The position numbers were made by a program, and so were the translations under genes. From a virus (Duplodnaviria; Caudoviricetes), in the IMG/VR virus record IMGVR_UViG_3300049182_000044, positions 160,001-224,000 of that record: a DNA stretch of 64,000 bases. One strand, given 5' to 3'. This document shows, one piece after another, positions 27,853 to 37,461 of the stretch. The notes beneath the pieces were generated by a model. It had not been told where the DNA came from and made no database searches. It saw only the letters and a list, made by a program, of their open reading frames with translations. Every line of letters begins with the position of its first letter. Position 1 is the stretch's first letter.

Positions 27853-29517
27853 TTACATTACCTCCTCGACTTCGACCTGGAGTGTACCCGTCGTGTTGGA
27901 ACCAGCGAACGCCGCATCCGTCAGATAGAGGTAACCGCCAGCCGGGTTGTAATTGCCGTCCGCATCGGTGATCGTGAAACCGCCAATGAAGTCAGTGGTA
28001 TCGGTACGACGAGTCAGATCACCAGAGGTGCCTGCGTACTTCGCAGTTACCTTGCTGAAGTCTGCGACCACGGTGCCGATTGCAGCAGTGCGCGAGAACG
28101 CTGCGAACGTCAAGGTACGGCGCTCGAAACCACCAACGGTGTAAGCTGCGCCGCTAGTGATAGTGCTGCCAACCACGTCTGCAAGGCCGGTCATCGACAA
28201 GCCGCTGAAGGTTTGTGCGCCATCAGCATCAGCATCGGTGATCGTGAGTGTGCGCGACCATACGTTGCCAGACAGAGTCCACGAACCACTGAACGTACCG
28301 GACGAAGCGTTGAGCGTCGGAGCCGATTTGAGCACTTGGTTCGGGGTGATGTTGACCGTGTAGGTCTTGCCGGCTGCGCTGCCCACCAGACGAGTCGGGT
28401 TGCCCGTGATCGTGATCGCTGCGGTTGCTGCTGCATCTGCGATGTTGATCTGAGCTTGAGCCGTCGAGACTGCACCGTTCGAGGCCTTGGTAGCCGTGAT
28501 AGTGTAGTTGTTGACGTTGCGAACGTAGCCGCTTGTGCCGGCCAGACGGGTGACGGTCTTCGTAGCTGCATACGTGTTCGGGTCAGTTACTGACAAGTCC
28601 GAACTGGAGCTGTACACCACCGTGTCCGCATTGGTGATCGTAGAAGCAACTGCAACAGATTCCGTGCCCTTGATAGCCAGCTGAGTACCAGGGTAGGTAA
28701 TCGTGCGAGCGCCAATGGTCGGATAGGTCTGGTTCAGCGTAACAGTGTTGCCAGACAGGACGTTGTTACCGTAAGTGCCAAGAGCATTACGAGCACGAGC
28801 CGAAACACGCTGTGCGCCCGTACCAGAACCGACAGTGAAAGTACCGCTAAAAGTACGCAGACCTGCACCAGCAGAATCCACTGCACCCAACGTCTGAGCA
28901 GACAGGGAACCGGCTGCACCGCCAGAAATGATTTCAACATAGGCCGCTGCATTAGGAACAACGCCCGATACTTGAACCACGTCACCGGACTTGACTTCAG
29001 TTTGCGAGCCAGGCAATGCCCCGATGGTGACAGAAGTCACGTCAGGGCCAGCCACTGCACGACGTACCGTAGTGGAAGTCGTAACGCCAGTGCTGGACGT
29101 TGCGGTCACAACTACGTCTTCGGTGATACCAGTCATGGCGAACGAACCGGTGAAGAAACGTTTGTCGTTTGCGTCTTCGGCGAGTGCCACGGTGCCTGGA
29201 GTACCTGGGAGAGGCGGAACCGTCGTGATGGTAATGGTTGGAGAATAGAAGGCGGAACCACCTTCGCACACCAGAGTCACAGTGACATTGTTAGTGTCGG
29301 CTGTACCTTCGGTGATGACCTTGTTTGCAGGAATCGTGTTGGGAGCATACTGCTTGTTCCCGACAATACCTGCGCCGGTAGGAGCGATGTTCGTGAAGAA
29401 CACACCGCCACCACCCGCTGCTGCTGACTGCACTACCTGATCGACATACTGTTTGTTCACCAGATGGTCGTTCGCGGTAGGAGTGTCAGCGCATTCAATT
29501 AGACCTTGTACGCGCAT
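27853..29517 (-). CDS. Thr/Gly/Ala-rich virion fibre protein with Ig-like repeats
   Basis: 554 aa; PT..DHLVNKQYVD fibre motif at N-terminus, beta-rich T/G/A composition. Confidence 0.65.
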   Translation of the reverse strand: MRVQGLIECADTPTANDHLVNKQYVDQVVQSAAAGGGGVFFTNIAPTGAGIVGNKQYAPNTIPANKVITEGTADTNNVTVTLVCEGGSAFYSPTITITTVPPLPGTPGTVALAEDANDKRFFTGSFAMTGITEDVVVTATSSTGVTTSTTVRRAVAGPDVTSVTIGALPGSQTEVKSGDVVQVSGVVPNAAAYVEIISGGAAGSLSAQTLGAVDSAGAGLRTFSGTFTVGSGTGAQRVSARARNALGTYGNNVLSGNTVTLNQTYPTIGARTITYPGTQLAIKGTESVAVASTITNADTVVYSSSSDLSVTDPNTYAATKTVTRLAGTSGYVRNVNNYTITATKASNGAVSTAQAQINIADAAATAAITITGNPTRLVGSAAGKTYTVNITPNQVLKSAPTLNASSGTFSGSWTLSGNVWSRTLTITDADADGAQTFSGLSMTGLADVVGSTITSGAAYTVGGFERRTLTFAAFSRTAAIGTVVADFSKVTAKYAGTSGDLTRRTDTTDFIGGFTITDADGNYNPAGGYLYLTDAAFAGSNTTGTLQVEVEEVM

Positions 29518-29545
29518 TTTCAGATCCTATAGGGTTGATGAAACT

Positions 29546-29564
29546 GGGCAGGAGCGACCTGCCC
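29546..29564 (-). terminator. Stem-loop after protease gene
   Basis: GGGCAGG/CCTGCCC 7-bp stem. Confidence 0.45.
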
Positions 29565-29585
29565 TACTTATACCACACCGACCGA

Positions 29586-30332
29586 TCAGAACTGTGAAGG
29601 GTTCAGCAGATGCGGACCGATCGCTGTGACGTAAGAGGGATTCGCAACGACGCTTGTCTCGAAGCCCACAATGTCGTGGCACTGGCGATAGGACAAACGG
29701 CCTTGCGGAGTTTGATACGTTGGACGACGCGGGTAGGTGTGTTCGCACGGCTTGCTGTTCATGCCTTGACCGACATGCGCGTTGCAGATCGAGCAAGTGT
29801 ACGACTTGAAGTAGAAGCCTACCGAGTATGCATTGTTGTCTTTCTTGAGAATCGAGTTGACCAGCAGTGGATCCTTCGTGCGGTCATAAGCCATCAGCTC
29901 GACCAGCTTGTAGTAACGACCGCCGCCGAAACGCTTGAGCGGACGCAGAAACACATCGAGGATCACGCCCTTGGCTTTCTCGATGATCTTGTTGTCGTGT
30001 TCCAGATGGCAGGGCTTGCCACGGAATGTCTTAAACGCCTGCATACCCATTTCAGGGTTGAATTGCATGAACTCTTGCAGGGTCACGCTATCACCATTGG
30101 TATTGGGAATTTCTGAAAACATTACCGGAACAGGAACGAGAACATAGTCGCGAATGTCGGTGGACAAATTGTACTTCTTCGCAGCCCAGGGCAACCATAA
30201 GTTTGCCTCAATAGTACCGCCTTCGCTCATACCCGCTTGCTTTGCAGCCTGCTCCGGATCTTTGTACATCTCTACGGCTGGCTCACCAAATCCAAAACAT
30301 TGGCTAATGAATTGCTCACTTACGTTTTTCAT
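29586..30332 (-). CDS. Prohead (capsid maturation) protease
   Basis: 248 aa; PNTNGD, HLEHD (His), KGVILD, YSVG (Ser), CSIC...CEH insert, FETSVVANP: HK97/U35-type fold pattern. Confidence 0.7.
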   Translation of the reverse strand: MKNVSEQFISQCFGFGEPAVEMYKDPEQAAKQAGMSEGGTIEANLWLPWAAKKYNLSTDIRDYVLVPVPVMFSEIPNTNGDSVTLQEFMQFNPEMGMQAFKTFRGKPCHLEHDNKIIEKAKGVILDVFLRPLKRFGGGRYYKLVELMAYDRTKDPLLVNSILKKDNNAYSVGFYFKSYTCSICNAHVGQGMNSKPCEHTYPRRPTYQTPQGRLSYRQCHDIVGFETSVVANPSYVTAIGPHLLNPSQF

Positions 30333-31281
30333 CTAGGGTTCCTCTTCTAGAAATCTTAAAGTCGTGTTCCCACATAACTATTAAATTATAGCCCAAGGAT
30401 CGGATCAGATCTTCCCGTTCAAGTGTTTCCTTGTACAGGCGGCCAGCGGTTTTATTGCTAAACGGGTTTGGTTTTGATCTAGGTGAATGCTTCCTCGGAT
30501 TGCCGTGAAAGTCGTCACCGTGAAATTCAAATACGGTCTTACTTAACGCATGGTATCCATCTACTCTAATTCGCGTTCCTGGAATGCGAAACTCTCCGCC
30601 CTTTCTAGCGTGTTGCACCTTACGCAACTTCCTACGGCGCGCTTCAGCTTCAATCCAAGCTATCGCCATTGAGGAACTTCCATTGCAGCATCCTTGACAA
30701 CCGTGACCAGCTAAATGCGAATAGGTGTATTGATAGAAGGGTCCATGCTTTTCACAAATGATCTTTACCTTCGTATCTGAGTTCTTGTACTCTGTTTCTG
30801 AGTAGTCGTATCTTGAGCCATGCTTTTTCTTAGCGGCTCTAATGAATTCTTCCAGACTACCTGAACGATGCTTTGAAACTGATTCATACCCACATGACGG
30901 ACAGCCGAACCCAGCTAAATGGTCACTGGGGGTTTGAGGAAATGATCCGTGCTTTTTGCAAACGATCTCAACCTTAACAGAATTCTTTCGGTAGTCTACC
31001 TTTCGATAGTCATATTTAGATCCATGCACCTCTACAGCCTTCTTTATGAAAGCCGGAGTCGAAGACCTTAACTTACTAGATATGGAAAGCTTCTTACACT
31101 CGGGGCATCCGCTTCCACCCAAATGGTTCGTAGGTGATTGCCAGAAGGCTCCGTGGCTCCTGCAAATTATTTCAACTTTCACGGCGGCGCCAAGGTAATC
31201 TGTCTTAGCATAAGAATATTGCGTCCCATGCTTTTCCTTAGCTCTGCCTATCCACTCTTTAGTGGTTATCACTTTAGGCAT
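30316..31281 (-). mobile_element. Homing-endonuclease-like gene: DUF723-type Zn repeats + C-terminal Vsr/PD-(D/E)XK nuclease
   Basis: 321 aa from ATG 31281 (GGAG); three HG..YDY....Y......V.IIC..HG.F.Q....HL.G.GC..C repeats, RVDGY...FEFHGD.FHG...GYNL..MWE; AT-richer. Confidence 0.8.
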
Positions 31282-31287
31282 CTTATA

Positions 31288-31372
31288 CTCCACACAGTTA
31301 AAGGGAATAGCTATGACAGTATCTGCAGTGTGGTGCAGAAGGGCTGGCCGGCCTTTTCCTGTCAAAGCTATT
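31288..31372 (-). ncRNA. Structured cis-RNA leader (three-way junction, possible SD pseudoknot)
   Basis: 14-bp outer inverted repeat (1 mismatch) 31306-31319/31359-31372 enclosing two hairpins; loop CCACAC complementary to GTGTGG overlapping SD. Confidence 0.45.
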
Positions 31373-31383
31373 TTGATACTCTG

Positions 31384-31782
31384 TTATAGATCGATCTTGA
31401 TCTTGATCTTGTTCGAGGACATTGAAGGATGCGGACTAATCTTCATTGTCGGGAAATGTTCAATCGGCCTGAGACCGAAGTAGCGATTGTCTTCAGACGG
31501 AAGCTTGTGCTTTGCAGGGCCACTTCCAGAAGAAGGAGTACCGAAGGCTTTAGCACGTTTACGCTTCGTTTCTTTCTTCTTCGGTGAGGTCTCGATGTTG
31601 ATATTTTCGTCCTTTTCAGGAGGATTCAGCTGATCGTTTGTGCGCCTGAACTTAGGATTGTGCGTGATCGGGTTGTCACCGAAGTAATGAAAGTCACCAT
31701 TCGGCACCACATTCTTCAATGTCTCCAGATCGCTTTCAGGTCGTGCGTAACCAGCGAGTGAAATTCTGATCTTACTCTTCAT
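31384..31782 (-). CDS. Basic hypothetical protein with MKSKIRISLA tag
   Basis: 132 aa, ATGA overlap with upstream gene. Confidence 0.6.
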   Translation of the reverse strand: MKSKIRISLAGYARPESDLETLKNVVPNGDFHYFGDNPITHNPKFRRTNDQLNPPEKDENINIETSPKKKETKRKRAKAFGTPSSGSGPAKHKLPSEDNRYFGLRPIEHFPTMKISPHPSMSSNKIKIKIDL

Positions 31783-32375
31783 TTCTTTTTGCCCTGGAAC
31801 AGATCGACGAAATCCTTAACGTCGTCCTCACTCCAATCCTTGGAGAACAGGATCGTGTAGTAATCAGGTAACGTCAGGCGCTTGGGATCGAGCATTTGCT
31901 CGTACTGATCTTTCTTTCCCGAACTGCCGTCCTTTAACGACAAGTAGCGGTACTCCTTAATCAGACGTTGCAGCAACTGATTGGTGCCCTCGGAATGCCA
32001 GTCATCGGAAATCAAATTGATCCCGTTGTCCAACACCCAGCGATAGAGCGGAATGAACAGACCTCGACCACGATACTCTGGACGCATGAACAGCGTCGGG
32101 TGGTAGAACTTCGGCTTGATACCGGTGCGCATCGTCTTCGGATCGAGCAACATGAAACCAACGAACTTGTCGGTCTTGCTCTCCACTAGATAAACACGAT
32201 ATTTGCTCTTCGTGTGCTGCACCAGGATGTGCAACTCAGAAGTGTACCCAACAGCTCGCCAAACGCCTGTGCCCTGCTTATAGGCTTTCTCACCCAAATC
32301 GAGCAGTCCCAGAAAATCCTCGTCGAGATGGCTCATGTCTCGAATTTCTGCACTAAGGCTGATCTTTATTTTCAT
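31779..32375 (-). CDS. GNAT-family acetyltransferase with MKIKISLS tag
   Basis: 198 aa from ATG 32375 (GGAG); VGF, MRPEYRGRGL (acetyl-CoA motif A), LISD..HS.G. Confidence 0.75.
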   Translation of the reverse strand: MKIKISLSAEIRDMSHLDEDFLGLLDLGEKAYKQGTGVWRAVGYTSELHILVQHTKSKYRVYLVESKTDKFVGFMLLDPKTMRTGIKPKFYHPTLFMRPEYRGRGLFIPLYRWVLDNGINLISDDWHSEGTNQLLQRLIKEYRYLSLKDGSSGKKDQYEQMLDPKRLTLPDYYTILFSKDWSEDDVKDFVDLFQGKKK

Positions 32376-32386
32376 CACAAACTCCA

Positions 32387-32420
32387 ATAGGGGACGTCCC
32401 ATTTCTGAGGCGTCCCCTAT
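32387..32420 (-). terminator. Stem-loop after topoisomerase IB-like gene
   Basis: ATAGGGGACG/CGTCCCCTAT 10-bp stem. Confidence 0.6.
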
Positions 32421-32425
32421 CTAAA

Positions 32426-34105
32426 TTATCGGCGATCCTGCTTCTTCAGCAGCTTCGGAGAGCGCAGTCCAAGCTTGTCGATAAAGAACTCATTGATCAC
32501 TTCGGGGTCGATGTACGAACCAATCGAAGTGCTCGGCTGAGGCTTATCACCAGAGCGATGGTGCAGACGATTTGCAATGTCAATCACCTGCTCTTTGAAC
32601 CACTTCTCAACTTCAGTCTGCTTCGGCTGGTGAGACTTCTTGAAGGGCGACTTGGCGATAAACTCTTGAGCCATCTTCGTACCTTCAACCGCACGAAGGC
32701 TATGGACACGCATCGGAGTGCCTACGTTGCTCTTGAAGTATGTACGAGCTGCACCGTCACCGATTGGCTTACCTTCAATCGAGAATACCAGATCGTCCTC
32801 TCCCTTACCGTCGATCAGCTTCTGAACGATCTTCTGCACCTTCTTAGCTACTGTGCTGTTGATCTTGTACTGAGCGGACTGCGGTGTCAGTTTCTTACCG
32901 GTGTAATCGAACTGAATATAGCCAGACTTGACGGCCATGTGGCTCACGCGAATCGTAGACATGCCGTATGTCGGCTCGCCCTTGGTCGAATTGCCTTTAC
33001 CGCCGATACGGGACGAAGTAGCCCACAGAAGCTCGAACATTGCAGCTAGAGCTTGAGTACGGAACTTCTTCGAGTCCAGATCCTTCACCCACTTGGCGCG
33101 ATACGTGTCTTCCTTCTCGATGAAGTCTTTAACGTCGCTGAAACGAGCTTTCTTCTTGCCTTTCAGGAACTCAACCGTGCGATACGTCACACGATGGTCA
33201 GTACCCTTCGCAGCATAAGTGTTGTCAGAATCCGGATCGTACTTTGGGTTCATCGCCACTGTGCCATACGGCTGCTTCTCCAGCTCACGACCTTCAGCGG
33301 TGAAGTAAGTTTGTTCGGCGGTGACTTGAATACCTGGGAAGCCTTTGACGAGGTTGTGCGGGATGCCCTTCTTGTCCAGATGCTTCTTAACTTCTTCAAG
33401 ATCGACCATCTTCTTACCGGATGCCCGAACGAAGTTGGTGATTTCACGATCACGAATCGCCTTCAGCTTCTTGTTGAGCGGGGCTATCTGCTCCATCAGC
33501 TTTTTCTTCTTTGGATCAGCAGCCAGTTCAGCACGTTCATCGTTGTTCTGATAGAAGCAGGTATCACGACCCGTGAGCTGCTTCATCACCTTGCGGATTT
33601 CAGTGGTGAGCTTGCTCAGATCGCCAGTGACTTCCTTGCCCTTCTTGTCAACCACAGGCTTTGCGTGGTCTTCGTCGAGCGTGAACGCAGCATGCAGCTT
33701 CGTGCTTTCGAGCATACTCACAGCCTTGTGAATACGCTTCCACGAAGTCGGCTTCGCGTCACGAAGGTTTGCGCCAATGTCTTTAATCAGGTTGTAGTAC
33801 TCAAAGCTGATCTTGTTATCCTGATTGATCTTTGGCATCGCGTCTTTCATTGCATAGCCCAATTCATCAGCGTGGTCTTCGCTCAGATCACCTTTGACCA
33901 CGAACGAGTTCATAGCTTTGGTGAACTCTTTACCAAAGCCGAACTTCTTGGCGAATGCGGATGCTTCCGATGCCCAGCCTTTAACATCGGCTTTGAACGA
34001 ATCCGTCTTCTCACCGTTGAGGTCAAGCAGCATAACGAGCATGACCGAGGCGAATGCTTCTGCCTCAGGATGCTTTGCTGCTGCGAGTGCAATATTAAGT
34101 TTCAT
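32426..34105 (-). CDS. Type IB topoisomerase-like protein (long, divergent) with MKLNIALA tag
   Basis: 559 aa; SSRIG (R), TYG..T....H, FDYTGKK (K), HSLR (R), HH, SIGSYIDP (catalytic Y). Confidence 0.75.
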   Translation of the reverse strand: MKLNIALAAAKHPEAEAFASVMLVMLLDLNGEKTDSFKADVKGWASEASAFAKKFGFGKEFTKAMNSFVVKGDLSEDHADELGYAMKDAMPKINQDNKISFEYYNLIKDIGANLRDAKPTSWKRIHKAVSMLESTKLHAAFTLDEDHAKPVVDKKGKEVTGDLSKLTTEIRKVMKQLTGRDTCFYQNNDERAELAADPKKKKLMEQIAPLNKKLKAIRDREITNFVRASGKKMVDLEEVKKHLDKKGIPHNLVKGFPGIQVTAEQTYFTAEGRELEKQPYGTVAMNPKYDPDSDNTYAAKGTDHRVTYRTVEFLKGKKKARFSDVKDFIEKEDTYRAKWVKDLDSKKFRTQALAAMFELLWATSSRIGGKGNSTKGEPTYGMSTIRVSHMAVKSGYIQFDYTGKKLTPQSAQYKINSTVAKKVQKIVQKLIDGKGEDDLVFSIEGKPIGDGAARTYFKSNVGTPMRVHSLRAVEGTKMAQEFIAKSPFKKSHQPKQTEVEKWFKEQVIDIANRLHHRSGDKPQPSTSIGSYIDPEVINEFFIDKLGLRSPKLLKKQDRR

Positions 34106-34120
34106 TTTCTTTCCTGCTTC

Positions 34121-34909
34121 TTATCCAGTGATGTTTTCAGAAGATACCTGAATCGCATTAGAAGGAACTTGTCCGATGTAGAAATAACCAGCGGAACGGG
34201 CGGAACCCTGCATAAGGTCATTCTGCGTGAAGAACACATCGCCGTTCATGACCAGCTTCGAGGTCTCGAATTGCACGAGCGTATGACTAAGCAGGTCTGT
34301 CTTCGAGATCATCTGGTGATTTGCTCGGAACAGATGCTTGTGCAGATCAGCACGAGCTTCTTCCACAGTGAGATGCAGACGGTATGGCTTGTCATGCTCA
34401 ACTGCCGGAAGCCCTTCATGCAACATCGACGGCACCCATTCGTTAGGGGCCTCGAAGTAGAAGAACTCCGGAAGGAACTGATAAACCACAAAGTTCTGGT
34501 ACAGCTCTTTCTCAGCTGGGATCGTGCGCACTGAACCTTCGTTGTGAGTGTTCGTGTTCTTGCCCATCGGAACTTGCGGAACGCCAGACTCGTAAAATCG
34601 ACGCTCACGATAATGCGGCTCCAAACGAGACGGGGTGAACAGTGGTCCTTCAGGGTTCAGGAATTTCATGTACTCCTTAGGAACCTGCGTCCACACAATG
34701 TAGTCACCCCAGCGCTCTGCAAAGAATGTCTGCATCTCCTGGGTATCAGGAATTTGAAGGAAACCAAGGTAGTCAGCGAACTTAGATGAAGCGTACGGTT
34801 CGGTCATGCCCTTGATTTTCTGTAAGTCGATGTAGGAGATCAGCTTCTGAGCAATCTCAGGAGATAGTCCGAAGAACCCTACAGCCCGATCTATAATCGC
34901 CTGTAACAT
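34121..34909 (-). CDS. Hypothetical protein
   Basis: 262 aa ORF, no recognised motif. Confidence 0.65.
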   Translation of the reverse strand: MLQAIIDRAVGFFGLSPEIAQKLISYIDLQKIKGMTEPYASSKFADYLGFLQIPDTQEMQTFFAERWGDYIVWTQVPKEYMKFLNPEGPLFTPSRLEPHYRERRFYESGVPQVPMGKNTNTHNEGSVRTIPAEKELYQNFVVYQFLPEFFYFEAPNEWVPSMLHEGLPAVEHDKPYRLHLTVEEARADLHKHLFRANHQMISKTDLLSHTLVQFETSKLVMNGDVFFTQNDLMQGSARSAGYFYIGQVPSNAIQVSSENITG

Positions 34910-34923
34910 GGTTCGCCTTTCGA

Positions 34924-35187
34924 TTAGAGGTGACTGAAATCTTTCTTGGATGCTTGTTCGGCAACGTTATCCGCGATTTCGCGCATCTTGGCTTTGAAGG
35001 CCTTGTCGTCACCTTTAACCAGCATTTCAGCAACTTCGTTGCCAGTGTCACCGGCCAGTTCTTTCATCAGCAAGGAGAAGAATGCTTGACGCGGGGTGTG
35101 GTGCTTCTTGCCTTTGGATTCGGAGACCTGAACATCGCCTTTGATAGCGATAGGGCTAGTGCTGGAAGCAGTAACGATGGTTTTCAT
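34924..35187 (-). CDS. Small hypothetical protein
   Basis: 87 aa, AAGGA SD. Confidence 0.65.
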   Translation of the reverse strand: MKTIVTASSTSPIAIKGDVQVSESKGKKHHTPRQAFFSLLMKELAGDTGNEVAEMLVKGDDKAFKAKMREIADNVAEQASKKDFSHL

Positions 35188-35260
35188 GGAAATTCTTCCT
35201 TAACTGGATAGATTAGAGACGTAAGATGACACGCAAGACCTAGTTTTGCGTTATGTGGAT

Positions 35261-35270
35261 AAATTACGAT
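35261..35270 (-). promoter_or_regulatory. Putative late promoter motif ATCGTAATTT (copy 3)
   Basis: Exact repeat, intergenic after ligase terminator. Confidence 0.5.
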
Positions 35271-35337
35271 TTTTGAGTTTCGGCGAGGATGTTACGTGCC
35301 GATTTGACGCGCATTTCTGCGGTGTAGAAAGGTAAGG

Positions 35338-35371
35338 AAAGGGCGATACCCACTGAGGAATACCGCCCTTT
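35338..35371 (-). terminator. Intrinsic terminator after ligase
   Basis: AAAGGGCG..CGCCCTTT stem, 14 bp including GU pairs, pyrimidine-rich tail. Confidence 0.7.
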
Positions 35372-35374
35372 GGA

Positions 35375-37399
35375 TTACAGCTTTTCGATACGTTTAGCGA
35401 ACTCACCACGTTGCATGGTGGCCACGCCCATCTTCTTGGCTTTCTCAATCTTCGCAAAGCTCTTCTGCGGATCATTGAAGACCAAAAGTGATGTGTCCTT
35501 CTTGACGCCTTCACCCATGGTACCGCCCTGCTCTTCGACCTTGGCCGCCCACTCAGGATCACGGAAGCCGGTGAACACAATGGTCTGACCGGAAAACGCA
35601 TCACCCTTAGCTTTGGCCTTTTTCTTCTCTTCTGGCATCTTAGCTTCGATGCCCAGCTTGTCGTAGAATTCCTTGAAGGCGGGGAATCGTTCAGCAAACT
35701 GTTTCGACAAGACGTTGGAGAAGCCTTCGATACCCATAGCCATATCCGTCAACTGTTTCTGACTGTACTTGCCCGTCATAAGTTTCGGGAAAGCCTTGAC
35801 CAGCGGGACTAGGCGTTTCTCACCAAGACCTTGTCCGAACTTACCGCTAGCTTCCATGAGGGCCGGGAGCGTAGCGTTCTTCAAAGCCGCATCCATGTTG
35901 TCGCGCATCTTCGAGGCCGTCTTATCCTGAATCCCCTCGATTGCAAGGAACTTGGATTTCTTGGCCTTAGCGATCTTGAAGATGTTGTCCAGGCCAGCAT
36001 CATACAGCTTCTGAATCATGCCCTGCTTGACGCCATCAACACCGAGCTTCGTGAAGAAGTAGGTAATGCGTTTCACCTTGTTCAGGTCCGTCTTGACCGA
36101 TTGCTTGATCTCGACTTTGTTCTTACCGTAGGTGTATTCTACTTCGGGCATCTGCGGGGTCTTCGCTGCCTTCAGTACCTGAACGATGTGTGGGATAACG
36201 TCACCTGAACGGGTAATCAAGATCTTCGCACCGGGGCCAATTGGCATGACCGGCATTCCCTTAGTGCGATCCTTGTAGCGATAACCGTGTTCGATGAAGT
36301 ACGCATTGTGTCCGGTTGCGAACGTCACAGTCACACCCGCAAGACGCACAGGCTCAATCTCAACACGCGGCTTCAAAGTACCGTGGCGTGATTCTTCCCA
36401 CACCACTTGCTTGACCTTGACTTCTACGATGTCTTCAGCTGCCGTTTCCTTGTAGGCTACAGCGTGATCGGGATTCGAGCCTTCCGCGAGAGGAACCTTC
36501 TTATCCAGAACAACTACGAGGCCGTCAATTGCACGCTTCGTCTTCTTCTTGCGTACTTTCAGGATTTTGCTCAACTGCTCAGGAGTCAGATCCTTGTACA
36601 CCTTGTACGGCACTACGTTGAAGCCCAACTTCTTCAGCAGCTTCAACTGATCGCTGGGCTTGCCACGAGGTGTGAGGACTTCGTACACAACCACATGGAC
36701 GTCCTTGACTGCTGGGTGAACGTCTTTGCGATTGGCCATGCCGGCCACCATGTTGCGAGCGTTCTCGAAGCCTTCCTTCTTGCCCAGCTTCTCTGTTGAC
36801 CACTTTGCCTTGAAGGTAGCTTCAGGCATAATGATCTCGCCGCGAATGTCGATAGCGATCTTCAACGTCTGCGGAATGTCGAGATGCGGAACCAAGTGGG
36901 AAATATCCTGGCCCTTCATACCGTCACCGCGAGTAAATGCCTTGGCGACCTGTTTCGGCAAGTAGTTCAACTGAATCGAAACACCGTCTTCCTTGTTGGA
37001 GACAACGTAGGGTCCCTCGTGATCCATCAACCACTGAACTGCGGTAGCAGGCTTGATCTTATCGAGAGAGCCCATATAATGCTTGAGCTTGACCTTCGGT
37101 GCCTTGCCTTTGCCTGCCTGTACTGGGGCACCGATTTGCTTCAGCACCTTGGATTTCGGATTCAGGCGCTTCAGTTCCGCAGTGAGTTCGTCGAATGTTT
37201 CATCGTCGATCTTCATCCTCGTCTTAGGCATGTGGAACTCTGCGTCCAACAGCTTAAACAAAGCCGGATACTCTTTCGAGATATTGATGTTCAGGAACTT
37301 ACCTTTGTTGTAGTAAGAATCTGCAGCCTGAGTCATCAACTCTTCTAACTGTTTGATAGCCTTGCCTGACGAGGACAGGCTTATCATTATTTTAGCCAC
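35375..37399 (-). CDS. ligA: NAD+-dependent DNA ligase (BRCT, no Zn finger)
   Basis: 674 aa from GTG 37399 (AAGGA); KEDG, TRGDG, IRGE, RNMVAG, IDGLVV, AYK, RSGDVIP, C-terminal BRCT (VFTG..GG..KDTSLLV); starts MAKIMISLS. Confidence 0.95.
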   Translation of the reverse strand: MAKIMISLSSSGKAIKQLEELMTQAADSYYNKGKFLNINISKEYPALFKLLDAEFHMPKTRMKIDDETFDELTAELKRLNPKSKVLKQIGAPVQAGKGKAPKVKLKHYMGSLDKIKPATAVQWLMDHEGPYVVSNKEDGVSIQLNYLPKQVAKAFTRGDGMKGQDISHLVPHLDIPQTLKIAIDIRGEIIMPEATFKAKWSTEKLGKKEGFENARNMVAGMANRKDVHPAVKDVHVVVYEVLTPRGKPSDQLKLLKKLGFNVVPYKVYKDLTPEQLSKILKVRKKKTKRAIDGLVVVLDKKVPLAEGSNPDHAVAYKETAAEDIVEVKVKQVVWEESRHGTLKPRVEIEPVRLAGVTVTFATGHNAYFIEHGYRYKDRTKGMPVMPIGPGAKILITRSGDVIPHIVQVLKAAKTPQMPEVEYTYGKNKVEIKQSVKTDLNKVKRITYFFTKLGVDGVKQGMIQKLYDAGLDNIFKIAKAKKSKFLAIEGIQDKTASKMRDNMDAALKNATLPALMEASGKFGQGLGEKRLVPLVKAFPKLMTGKYSQKQLTDMAMGIEGFSNVLSKQFAERFPAFKEFYDKLGIEAKMPEEKKKAKAKGDAFSGQTIVFTGFRDPEWAAKVEEQGGTMGEGVKKDTSLLVFNDPQKSFAKIEKAKKMGVATMQRGEFAKRIEKL

Positions 37400-37452
37400 T
37401 GGCTTTTTCCTTCGTTCTAGCACGATTATTCCTTTATAGGGACATTTGTACT

Positions 37453-37461
37453 TATTTACAG
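37453..37461 (-). promoter_or_regulatory. Putative late promoter variant CTGTAAATA
   Basis: Same 9-mer at 51844 and 61368, all intergenic; resembles T4 late TATAAATA. Confidence 0.45.

Noticed and set aside
31360-31365. TTGACA as a sigma-70 -35 or TTG start for the nuclease
   Set aside because: No -10 at 16-18 bp; the hexamer is part of the RNA stem, and the ATG at 31281 has the SD
31288-31372. Self-cleaving ribozyme (GGCCGGC recalls HDV 5' end)
   Set aside because: Lacks HDV nested pseudoknot, hammerhead CUGANGA/GAAA core and twister motifs
34924-35187. MKTIVTASS and (43033-44079) MLTRTLVEGVALAA as members of the tag family
   Set aside because: Too divergent to count by eye; left out of the tally pending an HMM test
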